In this document: in pieces, positions 1 through 13,559 of the stretch | Numbering within the stretch: position 1 is the first letter of the stretch | How the letters are laid out: each line of letters opens with the position of its first letter | NCBI RefSeq assembly: GCF_009914755.1 | Contig: NC_060927.1 | Length of the DNA: 64,000 nt | Direction: 5' to 3' (one strand) | Source of the DNA: the human T2T-CHM13v2.0 reference genome, Homo sapiens | The notes under the pieces: generated by a model | Database searches by the model: none | The model's input: only the letters and a program-made list of their open reading frames with translations | What the model was told of the DNA's origin: nothing | Program-made: the position numbers and the translations under genes

Positions 1-233
1 GCTATTCTCGTGATAGTGAATAAGTCTCATGAGAATTGATGGGTTTATCAGAGGCTTCTGCTTTTGCTTCCTCCTCATTTTTCTCTTGCCACCTCCATGT
101 AAGAAGTGCCTTTTGCCTCCCTCCATGATTCTGAGGCCTCCCCAGCCATGTGGAACTGTAAATCCAATTAAACCTCTTTTTCTTCCCAGTCTTGGATATG
201 TCTTTATCAGCAGCATGAAAACAAACTAATACA
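1..233 (+). mobile_element. THE1-type MaLR LTR, 3' part
   Basis: GTGATAGTGAATAAGTCTCATGAGA...CAGCATGAAAACAAACTAATACA terminus. Confidence 0.85.
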
Positions 234-3200
234 GAGAAGAATGGAACAGGCAAATAAATACAGCACCTTCAACTAAAACATCCAGGTATATGCATCAGGA
301 CTAATCAACGAAACAACTCAACCCATGGAGCAAGGCAGGATGATGGCCCGCATGGGAGAGATACTGAGCCAGGGGACCCTCCCCAACTCAGGAAAGCAGT
401 GAGTGAATGTGTAACCCTGGGAACCCACACTTCTCCCATGGATCTTTACAACCCTTGGGTTGAACTCACTCCACCAGGACCTTCAGTCTGACACAAAGAG
501 CTATGTGGAGTCTTGGCAGAGCAGCCACTCAGGCACATGAACAGATCTGGGAGCCTTGGATACCTGGGCTTTCCAGGATTCACAGCAAAAGTAACTGCAA
601 TGTCAGCAAAGTGAGAGGTTAGACCCCTGTACACATCCCTAGGAAAATGGTTGAATCCACAGGGCTGAGCAGCATAGTCTGCAGGTACCTCATAGGAGAA
701 GACCCACTAAATTGGAACTCCAACCAGCCACTGATAGCACTGTTGCACTTCACTGAGACAGAGCTCCTAGCAGGGAGGGGTGGCCTGCCATCTTTGCCAT
801 TTGGCCAACTTAGTGGTTGCAGCCTTCGGGCTTTGGAGAGTCCAAGCCAACTGGAGGCTGAAGTGGTCCCCCAGCACAGCATAGCTGTGCTACAAAAACA
901 TGGCCAGATTGCTTTTTTAAACGTGTCCCAATCCCATTCTTCCTCACTGGGCAGGACCTCCAACCAGGGTCTTGAGCCACCCCTACTGGTAGTTTCTGGC
1001 TGATAGAGATTTAAAACCTCCCTGGGATGGAGCTCCCAGAGGGAGAGGTGGGCTGCCATCTTTGCTCTTTGGACAATTAGCCATTCCAGCCTTCAGGGTT
1101 TAGAGAGTCCCGGCCACCTGGGGGATGAAAGTGGTCCCCCAGCAGAGCATAGCTGCTCTGCAAAAACATGGCCAGACTGCTTTTTAAAGCAGGTGTCCAA
1201 TCCCATTCCTCCTCACTAAGTGGGACCTCCCAACCAGGGTCTCCAGCTACCCTCACCAGTGCTCTCCAGCTGACAGAGATTTAAAGCCTCCCTGGAATGC
1301 AGTTCCCAAAGGGAGGGCCAGGCTGCCATCTTTCCTGTTTGGGTTACTTAACCATTCTGGCCTTCAGGCTTAGGAGAATCTGAGGTGACCAGGGGCAGTA
1401 GCAGACCCCAAGCATAGCACAGCTGCCCTACAAAAATGTGACCAGACTGCTTTTTAAAGTGGGTCCCCAATCCTGTTTCTCCTCACTGGGTGGGAACTCC
1501 CAGCTGGAGTCTCCAGCCACATCCTACAGGTACATTCAGGCTGGCAATAGGTCTGTACCTCCCTGGGACAAAGCTCCCAGAGGGAGGGGCAGGCCACCAT
1601 ATTTGCTGTTTCACAGCCTTCACTGTTGATACCTCCAGGTACTGGAAAATCCAAGGTGACTAGGGACTGGAGTGGGCTCCCAGCACACTGCAGCAGCCCT
1701 ATAAAAAAGTGGCCAGATGGTTATGTGGATCCCCATTTCCATATCTCCTCACTGGGCAGGTCCTCCAGGCCTTGGCCTCCAGCCATCCACCACCAGAGCT
1801 ATCAAGCCAGTAGCAGCCCTGCAACTCCCTGAACAAAGCCCCCAGGGAAAATGAAAGCCTCTCTGTCACTGCTTCTGCAGTGGAACTGCCCTTGCTACCC
1901 TCGTACTAACAAAGGAGCAAAGACCCTAAGGCCTTATCCACAACTCCAACAAGCTGCAGTAGACCCAAGAAGAGGAGGCCAGTCTGTCTCCTACAGGACT
2001 CATCCAGCCTCCCTGCTCATCACCAGACAGGAGGTCTCCAGCGTGGGCCCACAGCACAGACCTTCCATCCTGGGCTGATTGCACTGAGCAACTGCTGACC
2101 TACATATTTCTGGGTGGAGCCCCCAGGAGACAAGCAAAATACCCTTGGCCATAACTGCTACTAAGAATCCTTCCTCTGCTGCCTCCAAGTTGGGGAACAC
2201 TGCAACTCCAAGTTGGGGAGCATAAACACTGAAATTGCCCCAGAGCTTCAGTGGGCAGCCCAGGAGTGCCAAGCTGTGATCTACAGCCAGCATTTAAGCG
2301 GGAGAGGGACCCACCCTTTCAGAGCATTGAGAGAGAACATGGCTGCAACTGTGAGGAAACAATGAGGAGTGCAGTTGTGATTCACAGATTTGGCCTCTTT
2401 ACATAATTCATACTTCTTGGAGGTTTTTCGGGGAGCCATACAACTGAGCAAGAGTCTATCAACTGACCAATACATGTAAGTGCCACCTACTGGATCACAA
2501 CCCAAAACTTCAACACCCCAAATACCTCGCTTACATACCCCACTCTGAAACCAAAGACAAGAAGTCAGCTTCAAATAAAGAACCTGCACAAAGTCTTGGC
2601 TCTGTGAAAACATACAGAAAAGAGGTCTATTGACTCAATCTACACTGCAGTTAAAGGAACATCCACATGCAGAGATGAGAAAGAACCAACACAAGAACTC
2701 CAGTAACTCTCATGGCCAGAGTGTCATATGTCCTTCAAACAACTGCACCAGTTTGCCAACAAAAGTTCTTGACCAAGCCAAGCTGGCTGAAATGATAGAA
2801 ATAGAATTCAGAATATGGATAGGAATGAAGATCATCGAGAATCAGGAGAATGGCAAAACCCAATCCAAGGAAACTAAGAATCACAATAAAATAATACAGG
2901 AGCTGAAGGACAAAATAGCTGATATAAAAAAGAACCTAATGGATCTGACACAGCTGAATAACACAAATACAAGAATTTCACAATGCAGTTACAAGTATTA
3001 ACAGCAGAATAAACCAAGCTGAGGAAAGAATCTCAGAACTTGAAAACTGGGTCTCTGAAATAAGGCAGTCAGACAAAAATAAATAAAATTAAAGAATAAA
3101 AATGGATGTTCAAAACCTCCAAGAAGTATGAAATTATGTAAAGAGGCCAAATCTATTAATCACTGGCATCTCTGAAAGAGAGGGTGAGAAAGTAAGCAAC

Positions 3201-5426
3201 TTGGAAAACATATTTTAGGATATCTTCCATGAAAACTTCCCCAACCTTGCTAGAGAGGCCAACAGTCAAATTCAGAAAATACAAGAACTCCTGCAAGATT
3301 TTACACAAGAAGATCATCCCCAAGACACATAGTTGTCAGATTTTCCAAGGTTGAAATGAAAGAAAGAATGTTGAAGGCAGCTAGAGAGAAAGGGCAAGTC
3401 ACCTACAAAGGAAACCCCATCAGGCTGACAGTAGACCTTTCAGCTGAAACCCTATAAACCAGAAGAGATTAGGGGCCTATATTCAATATTCTTAAAGAAA
3501 AAATATATTCAACCAGGAATTTCATATCTAGCCAAACTAAGCTTCCTAAGCAAAGGAGAAATAAGATCCTTTTCAGATAAGCAAATGTCGAGGGACCTGC
3601 CTTTCAAGAGATCTTGAAGGGATCACTAAATATTGAAAGGAAATAGTGCTACCAGCTAAAACAGAAACACATTTAAATACGCAGACCAGTGGCACTATAG
3701 AGCAACCACATGAATAATCCAGCATAATAACCAGCTAACAACACGACAGGATCAAATCCACACATATTAATACTAACCTTAAATGTAAATGTGCTAAATG
3801 CCCCACTTAAAAGACACAGAGCAGTAAGCTGGATAAAAAAGTAAGACCCAATGGTATGCTGTCTTTGAGAGACCCATTGGACACATAATGACACCCATAG
3901 GTTCAAAATGAAGGGATGGGGAAAAATTTACTAAGCAAACGGAATACAGAAAAAAGCAGGAGTTGCAATCCTAATTTCAGACAAAACAGACTACAAACCA
4001 ACAAAGATCAAAAAAGACAAAGAAGGGCATTACATAATGCTAAAGAGTTCAATTCAACAAGAAGACCTAACTATCCTAAATATGTATGCACCCAACACAG
4101 GAGTACCCAGATTCATGAAGCAAGTTCTTAGAGACCTACAAAAAGATATAGACTTCCACACAGTAATAGTGGGAGACTTCAACACTCTACTGACAGTATT
4201 AGACAGATCATCGAGGTAGAAAATTAACAAAGATATTCAGGACCTGAACTCAACATTGGACCAAATGGAACTGATAGACCTCTACAGAACTCTCCAACAA
4301 AAAACAACAGAGTATAAATTCTTCTCATCACCACATGTCACATGCTATAAAATCAACCACATAATTGAACATAAAACAATCCTCAGAAATGCAAAAGAAC
4401 AAACATCATACCAAACACACTCTCAGACAACACTGCAATAAAAATAGAAGTCAAGACTAAGAATCACTCAAAACCATGCAATTACATGGAAATGAAACAA
4501 CATGCTCCTGAATGACTTTTGGGTAAATAATGAAATTAAGGCAGAAATCAATACGTTCTTTGAAACTAATGAGAACAAAGATACAACATACCAGAATATC
4601 TGAGGCACAGCTAAGGCAGTGTTAAGAAGGAAATTCATAGCTTAACCTGAAGGAAATCAAGACACAAAACATGATCTCAGAACTTGAAGGTAGGCTCTCT
4701 GAAATATGACAGTCAAAAAAAAAAAAAATAAAATTTAAGAAAAGAATAAAAAGAAATGAACAAAACCTCTGAGAAGTATGGAATTATGTAAAGAGGTCTA
4801 ATCTATGAATTACTGGCATCTCTGAAAAAGAAGAGAATTCATTCAAAAGTTCAACTAATGCAAGAGTTGGTTTTTTGAAAAAAAAATAAGATAGGCTGCT
4901 AGCTAGACTAATGAAGAAAATAGAGAAGATGCAAATAAACACAATTAGAAATGATGAAGGAAACGTTACCACTGACCCCATAGAAATAAAAAATAACCAT
5001 CGGAAACTACTATGAACACCTCTATGCACACCAACTGGAAAATCTAAAAGAGATGGATCCATTTCTGGACACATACACCCTCCCAAGACTGAACCAGGAA
5101 GAAGTTGATTCCCTGAATGACCAATATCTAGCTCTGAAATTGCATCAGTAATAAATACTCTATCAACCAAAAAAAGCCTAGTACCTGATGGATTCCCAGC
5201 CAAATTCTACCAGATGTACAAAGAAGAACTAGTACCATTCCTACTGAAACTATTCCAAAAATTTGAAGAGAAGGGACTCCTCCCCAATACATTCTATGAG
5301 GCCAGCATCACCCTGATACCAAAACCTCGCAGAGACAACATTGTACTGAATGGGCAAAAGCTGGAAGCATTTCTCTTGATAGCTGGCATAAGACAAGGGT
5401 GCCTTCTCTCATCCCTCCTATTCAAC
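234..5426 (+). mobile_element. Old primate L1 (L1PB-like): long 5'UTR, disrupted ORF1 (~2670-3675) and ORF2 (EN domain and part of RT), rearranged
   Basis: Translated fragments [44 protein letters not shown]; many stops and frameshifts. Confidence 0.92.
760..1790 (+). repeat. About four degenerate ~270 bp tandem units in the L1 5'UTR
   Basis: CCAGAYTGCTTTTTAAA...TCCTCACT recurs at about 902, 1171, 1441 and 1711. Confidence 0.8.
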
Positions 5427-5732
5427 CTGGGGATGGTTAATGGGTATAAAAATATAGTTAGGATGAATAAGATCTAGCATTTGATAGCAAAACAGAGCAA
5501 CTATAGTCAACAATAATTTATGGTACATTTCAGAATATCTAAAATGGTAAAATTGGATTGTTTGTAAAACAACAAAAGGATAAATACTTAAGGTGATGGA
5601 TACCATATTTACCCTAATTTGATTTTTATACATTGAATGTCTGTATCAAAATATCTCATGTATTCTATAAATATACACCTACCATGCACCACAAAAATTA
5701 AAAATAAATTTTAAAATAATAATAAAAAAGAA
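5427..5732 (+). mobile_element. L1MA-type 3' end with A-rich tail
   Basis: GGGGATGGTTAATGGGTATAAAAATATAGTTAG...AATAAGATCTAG 3'UTR signature. Confidence 0.8.
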
Positions 5733-6189
5733 AGTAGAGTTTCCATAAACCCCCATTCCCTCCCTGCCCCACCCCTAGTTTCTTCTGTTATTAACATCTT
5801 GTATTAGGGTTGCACATAATATTATAATTAACTAATCAATATTGATACATAATTATTAACCAAAATCCATAGTTTACATTAGGATTCACTCTTTGTGTTG
5901 TATAGTTCTATGGGTTTTGACAAATGTGGGAATGTCATATATCCACCATTACAGTATCATACAGAAGACTTTCTTTGCCCTAAAAATGACCTGTGCTCCA
6001 CCTATTCATCTCTCCCCCTACCCTAAAATCTTGGCAACCAGTGAATTTTTACAGTTTCTAAGTTTCACCTCACCCAGCCTGTCATATAGTTGAGATCATA
6101 CAGGATGTAGCTTTCTCAGACTGCTATTTTTCACTTAGCAATATACATTCCTTCATGTCTTTTCATGGCTTGATACTTCATTTCTCTTT

Positions 6190-6325
6190 TTTCTTTTCTT
6201 TTTTTATAGAGACAGGGGGTCTCACTATGTTGCCAGGGGTGGTCTCAAACTCCTGGGTTCAAGCAATCATCCTGCCTTGGCCTCCCAAAGTTCTGGGATT
6301 ACAGACGTGAGTCACTGCATACGGT
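6190..6325 (-). mobile_element. Alu monomer (FLAM/AluJ left arm)
   Basis: Poly-T then AGAGACAGGGGGTCTCACTATGTTGCC...GGGATTACAG. Confidence 0.85.
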
Positions 6326-6964
6326 CTCATTTCTTTTCATCACTGAGAAATATGCTATTGTATAGATGTACCATAGTTTGTTTATACATTCACCCATTGA
6401 AGAACATCTTGGTTGCCTCTAACTTTTGGTAATTATGAATAAAGCTGCTATAAACATTCTTATGGAGGTTTTTGTGTAAACGCACATTTTCAGTTCATTT
6501 GGGTAAATGCCTAGGAGCAGAATTTCTCTATCATATGGTAAGCCTATGTTTAGCTTTGTAAGAAACTACCACAGTTATCTTCCAAAGTGCTATACAATTT
6601 TACATTCTCCTGAACAGTGAATGAGGGTTCCAATTGCTCCACATGCTCACCAGCATTTGGTGTTCTCAGTGTTTCAGATTTTAGCCGTTCTAATAGGTGT
6701 GTAGAAGTATCTTGTTTTAATTTTCAGTGCTTTAATGGCATATAATATTGAGCATGTTTTCATAGGCTTATTTTCCTATTTTAGATCTTATTTGCTATTT
6801 GCATATCTTCTTTGGTGAATTTGCCATCTATACAGCTATTTTGTCCATTTTAAAGTTGGGTTGGTTGTTTACTTATTGTGAGTTTGAAGAGTTTTTTGTA
6901 TATTTTGGATACATGTCATTTATCAGATATGTATTCTGCAAATAGTTCCATCCAGTCTGTGGCT

Positions 6965-8443
6965 GTGTTCGTTTTAAACAAATAAAGCTTAATAACATGT
7001 GTACCTTATGTATATGTGGGAGATACTCACAAAAATGAGTATATCTCAGAGGTGGCTTTGAATTCCAGCTTATGTAGCATCTTCAACAAACAATAGCAAA
7101 TTTAGAGAAATGACAAGACAAAGGAAAAAGACTTTGAGTCTCTAAGGGTGGCAAATTATAGAAAGGCAAATAAATGGTAGATACAGACTAGTTAATAAAG
7201 CTCAGTACCTAGGTTCCTCTGGTGCTGATCCCCAGGCTGGTAAGGGGCTGTCCTTCCTGGTAGAAAGGGGAGGAGGGACAGACACATTGGTGAATTTATG
7301 TCCTGCTTTTAGGCAAATAGTGGAAGAGCAGAGAACTCTTCTTATATCTGCTTTTTCCCACTTGTCTTCAGCTCAAAATAATCCTTATGCCAAAGTGGCA
7401 TATTCTAGTCACTTACAGTCCTCCCTTTGAACTTTATTTTTGGAAAGTTTCACATATTAAAAGCTGAATTCGCAGCCCCATATCTTATGGAGCCAGTCTC
7501 TTAGTCCTGAGTTCAGTTAAACTCAGGTCAACTGAGTTAGAAAGTTGTGTGTCATTTCAGGTGGCAGTGTTGCAGGTGGGTTCCCATCAAAGTTAGGCCT
7601 CTGTATGGTGCAAGCAAACAAGTATTTAAGTAGAGTCATTCTATGGACACAAAAAAACTAAAGGTTAATCACTGGAAAAAAATGATAAATCAGCTTCTGA
7701 GTCCATAAGGCAGTCACGTGGAGAGTTCTAGATTTGATCTCAAAGCCTCTTAGATGGTGGAATGAGGATGGCAGTTTAAATCTAATGGGTTTTCCTGGTT
7801 TGTGGTTTGACTATCTCTGGTGATATCATAGCATGTTCTAGTGAACTTTCTGAGTGGCCCACACAGCAACAGACATCAAGGTTGTCTGTATTTGAGCTTT
7901 TGTGGTGATTTATCTGAAATTTATATCAAGTCATCCAGCTTTAGCTTTCAGAACTTTAGGAAAAGGGCAGTCAGCTGTTAACGGTTTTAAGTCAGAAAGG
8001 TGGGAGACAATTGGAAATGCTAGCTTGGAGAGTTGTAGTCAGATATTCAAGGCAACTACAGAAATTCAGGATCCAGTTTAGTTTAACAAAACCTCAAAGA
8101 CAATGAATAGTGCTAGATCTGATAATCTAATCTTGTTACAGATAGTACACTATGTTACACATAGTACACTAGGATTTTCTACTGAAACATTTTTCTCTCT
8201 ATAGTCACCCGCATGTCTGCCAAAGACAATTGTAGTAAAACTAATTTGTTTGCAAAATAAATCAGTCTCATTAAACATGACCTGATTATTTACATAAGTG
8301 CAGCAAGAATGGTGATTAACCATAAAGGCTCCTTTTAAGTTTGCTTTACTGGAACTTCTAACAGGAAATCTGAGATTTGACTTTTTAAAAGCCTCTGTAG
8401 ACTAAGAAGCCAAGCCAAAGACTTTCCATCAGACTTTGCCTGA
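6965..8443 (-). mobile_element. ERV1 fragment (MER34-like): internal sequence 7418-8443 plus 3' LTR 6965-7417
   Basis: Minus strand shows polypurine tract AAAGGGAGGAC followed by TGTAAG..GAATATGCCACTTTGGCATAAGGATTATTTTGAGCTGAAG; subfamily from memory. Confidence 0.7.
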
Positions 8444-8669
8444 AGAAGTTTTTTATTTTAATGAAGTCTAGCTTATCAATTATTTCTTGTATTAATCTTG
8501 CCTTCGGTGTTATGTCTCAAAGTCATTACCAAACTCAAGGTCATCTAGACTTTTTCCTGTTATCTGCTAGGAGTTTTATTTTATAGTTTTTGCATTTTAC
8601 TTTAAGGTCTATGATCTATTTTGAGTTAATTTTTGTAAGAGGTATAAAGTTTGTGTCTAGTTTCAGTTT

Positions 8670-8981
8670 TGGTTTATTGTTTTTGTTTTTGAAACAGGGT
8701 CTCACTCTATTGCCCAGGCTGGAGTGCAGTGATGCAATCATGGCTCGCTGAAGGCTTGACCTTCCGGGCTCAAGCAAGCCTCCCACATCAGCCTCCCAAG
8801 TAGCTGAGACTACAGGTGTGCACCTTCACATCTGGTTAATTTTGTTGTTGTTGTTGTTGTTAGTAGAGCCAAGGTCTTGCCATGTGCCCAGGCTGGTCTT
8901 GAAGTCCTGAGCTCAAGGGATCCTCCCACCTCATCTTTCCAAAGTGCTGGGACTATAGGCATGAGCTGCCATGCATGGCCT
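8670..8981 (-). mobile_element. AluJ
   Basis: Diverged antisense dimer; linker expanded to (TTG)n. Confidence 0.9.
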
Positions 8982-9254
8982 ACTTTCAGTTTTTAGCATG
9001 TGGATTTTTAGTTGTTCTAGCACCATATATTGAAAAGGCTCTCCTTGATCCATAGTATTGCCTTTGCTCCTTTGTCAAAGATGAATTGACTGTATTTGTT
9101 GGGTCTATTTTGGGGCTCTTTATTCTGTTCAATTGATCTATTTGTTTATTCTCTTGCTAATGCCAAACTTGATTAATGTAGCTATATGGTGTGGCTTGAA
9201 ATCAGGTAGTGTCAGTCCTCCAAATTTTTTCTTCTTTGGTGTTGTGTTGATTAT

Positions 9255-10740
9255 TACACTGATTTTTGACAGAGGTGCAAAAGCAATTCAATGAAGAAAG
9301 GACAGCCTTTTCAACAAAAAGTGCTGGAACCATTGGACATTCTTAGGTTAAAAAATCCAAAACAAACGGCCTCCTGTCCACACACATGAAAACAACCAAA
9401 AAACAAACTGAACCAACAAACAAAAAATGAAAACAAACACTTCGAATTAAACCTCATACATTATAGAAAAGTTAACTCAAAATGCATTATAGACTTAAAT
9501 GTCTAGCATAAAATCATAAAACTTTATTTTAAAAAGTAGGAGAAAATCTTCAGGGTCTAAAGTTAGGCAGTTTTTAAGAATTGTTACTAAGGCATAATTT
9601 TAAAAAGGGAAAATTGATAAGTTGGACTCCATCAAAATTTTCTTTGTGAAAGCCCATATAAAGAGGGTTAAAAGACAAACTACAGGCTGATCAAAACATT
9701 TGCAAACCACATATTCAGTAAAGAACTAGTATCTGTAATAAGAACTCTCAAAAACTCAACACTAACAAAATAAATAATTCATTTAGAAAATAGGCAAAAG
9801 ACATGCAGAGACATCTCTTAATAGGACATACAGATAATAGGTAAGCACATGAAAAGATATTTGACACCATTAGCCACTAGGGAAGTAGAAATTAAAACTG
9901 ATATATAAGAGTTAAAAAGAAATTATTTAGACAGATAGTGAGGGTAAGGAAGTTCTCGGTAAGGTTTTCCTTTTAATGAAAAGCAGCCCCCAAATCATTT
10001 TTCTAATAAAGAGCAGCCTGTAAAATCAAGCTGCAGACATAGATAAGCAAGCTGGAAGCTTGCATGGGTGAATGCCAGCAGCCGTGCCAATAGGAAAAGG
10101 CTACCTGTGGGCTAGGCATGTTCAACGTGCCACTTCCATCTCCCCTTTTCTTTACCAACCATGTGTACCGTAAGGAACAGACAACATGGCGCCAGCCAGG
10201 AAGAGACCCCATTTGCATTATAAAAGATTAGGGTGGGGTGGCCACCTTCCTCGCTTGCTATGTAAATGGCACACCTGGTCCAACCAATCTTTGGGCCCTA
10301 TGTGAATCAGACACTGCCTCCTCAAGCCAGTCTATAAAACCCCATGCACTTCACCACGGAACCAGAAGACCCACCTGGGCACCCCTCTCTCTCTGCAGGG
10401 GAGAGAGCTATTCTCTGTTCTCTTTCTTTCACCTATTAAACTTCCACTCTTAAATTCACTACTTGTGTGTCCATGTCCTTGATTCCCTTGACATGAGACA
10501 ACAAACCTCAAGGATTTACCCCAGACAATGACACTGCTTCAAAACCAGAATAAAATATCACTACACATCTATCAGGATAGCTAAAAAATAGTAGCAACAG
10601 TAAATTCTGACTATGGTGCTAAGAAACTGGATCACTCATACATTGTGCTGGAAGTGTGGAAAGATATACCCACATTATAAAACAGTTTGGCAATTCCTTA
10701 CAAAACTAAAGATACAACCACATGGCCCAACAGTTGCTTT
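9255..10740 (+). mobile_element. L1M ORF2 3' fragment (sense), split by an LTR
   Basis: CTGATTTTTGACAGAGGTGCAAAAGCAATTCAATG...; continues after 10542. Confidence 0.8.
9899..10541 (+). mobile_element. ERV1 solo LTR (MER50-like)
   Basis: TG...CA ends, 4 bp TSD AAAC, TATAAAA near 10333, ATTAAA near 10435. Confidence 0.85.
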
Positions 10741-10905
10741 CCTCCCAGAGCCCAAGGGCCATTTACAAAGTCAAATTTGCAACAAGAGGGCCTATATAGC
10801 AAAAAATTTACCAAACAGAAGTAGGTTTTATGGGTAAAAACCTGGGGGAATATACATGAAATGGAATTATAAGGGTAATGCCCCAGGGATATAAATTTAA
10901 GTTAG

Positions 10906-12051
<1,146 letters not shown>

Positions 12052-12252
12052 TTAGGTTGAAATTATTATATAGGTGCACTTACAAAAGATTCTGCCTTCA
12101 ATGTCTAACACACACAGTTGGAAGAGTTCTCTCTTTTTTTTTTTGTTTTTTGTTTTTTGGTGGTAGACTGAAAATTATATTTACTTTGGCCTATGTTGAG
12201 TTGAGACTTCAAAAATCCCTCGTAGAGAAAGAAAGATTTAGGGAGATAAGAA

Positions 12253-12660
12253 TTGTCAACCTTAAATAACTAGATTCAGAAAATATGATTAAGTAGAGAG
12301 TTTATTTGGGCCTAAAGCTTGTGGATGGCCACCAGGGAGCATAGATTCAAGTTGCCCTGAATATACACTCTGATTCACAGCAGTTACAAGTAGGTTTTTA
12401 AGGAAAAAAGAAGAGGCAGTTCCTGAGTTCTTTACAAACAATTTACCTTAAAACAATGCAAGCTATTAATTGGCTGTACACTGTTCTTTGTATCACAAAT
12501 TCCAGGAACCTGAAGATAATGAGTGAGGCAGCTATCAGGAACAAAATGTCTTTAAGTAATTGCCTTTGGACATGGGTAAGGGGTATGACTAAAGTCCCAT
12601 ACCAGTGTTTCTCTGGGCCTGCTAAATCTTGCCATTGCCCTGAGCTATTTTTCTTTTATC
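12253..12660 (-). mobile_element. ERV1 (MER4-group) LTR-like segment
   Basis: Starts TGTCAACCTTAAATAA; minus-strand AATAAA at ~12301; subfamily unresolved. Confidence 0.55.
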
Positions 12661-12731
12661 AGAATGTTAAAGTGAATTTGTTTTGTGTTACTCACTCAGC
12701 CATTCCATCCCTGAAGACATACCTGTCATAA

Positions 12732-13442
12732 TGTAATCACCCAATGGGTTCTTCTTGCCCACTGAACAGATAAAAATCAACCCACTGAGACCTCAACATT
12801 GCAGGACAGAAAGAGTTTAATTGATGTGAGTCTGGCTGACTCAGGAGAACAAATTTATCACTCAAATCAGTCTCCCCAAAGACTTGGAGGTTAGGGATTT
12901 TATGGACAATTTGGTGGGCGGGGGCTAGGGAATGGGTGCTGCTGATTGGTTGAGGATGAAATCATAGGGGTGTGGAAAACAATCTTCACATGCTGAGTCC
13001 ACCTCTGTTTGGGGCAATAGGATTCGCTGAGTCATAAGTCATGAGTCCAGGTGGTATCAGTCTGAAAAGCATCTTAAAAAAACAATCTTAGGTTGTACAA
13101 TAGTGATATTACTTATAGGAACAGTTAGAAAAGTCACAAGTCTTGTGACTTCTGGCTACATGACCCCTGAGCAGTAAGGAATTACAGAAACTATGCCTAT
13201 CTTTTCAGAATTCAGGCCCCTTTCACAATCCCAACCTTCTGGACTTTCATTACTTTTATAAAGGCAGTTTAGTTTTGGAAAGGACTATTATAATCTTTGT
13301 TTTGGGTAAAACTATAAATCATTTCCAAAGTTAGCTTGGCCTATGCCCAGCAATGACCAAGGACAGCTTGGAGATCAGAAGCAAGATGGAGTCAACTATG
13401 TCAAATTTCTCTTACTGTCATGATTTTGCAAAGGCAGTTTCA
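12732..13442 (-). mobile_element. Second LTR8-family solo LTR
   Basis: Ends TTTTGCAAAGGCAGTTTCA (reverse complement of the LTR8 start); TSD ATAA. Confidence 0.88.
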
Positions 13443-13559
13443 ATAAGAGCATAGAGAAAAGCATAAATGAAGGTAGTACCAACATATTTGAAAAGCACCA
13501 TTGTGGCTGATTTCTGTATGCCAGAGATGAAGTTGGAAAATACCAATATTGAAATAGTC

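Larger units (their letters stand above)
5735..9250 (-). mobile_element. L1M (L1MB/MC-like) 3' region interrupted by Alus and an ERV fragment
   Basis: Antisense L1 ORF2 end and 3'UTR motifs; resumes at ~8445 after the ERV insert. Confidence 0.8.

Noticed and set aside
760-1790. CRISPR-like or novel repeat-spacer array
   Set aside because: Units are long, diverged and contiguous within an L1 5'UTR, with no unique spacers; the context is eukaryotic.
2630-5477. L1 ORF1/ORF2 fragments as functional genes
   Set aside because: Multiple stops, frameshifts, deletions and a truncated RT.
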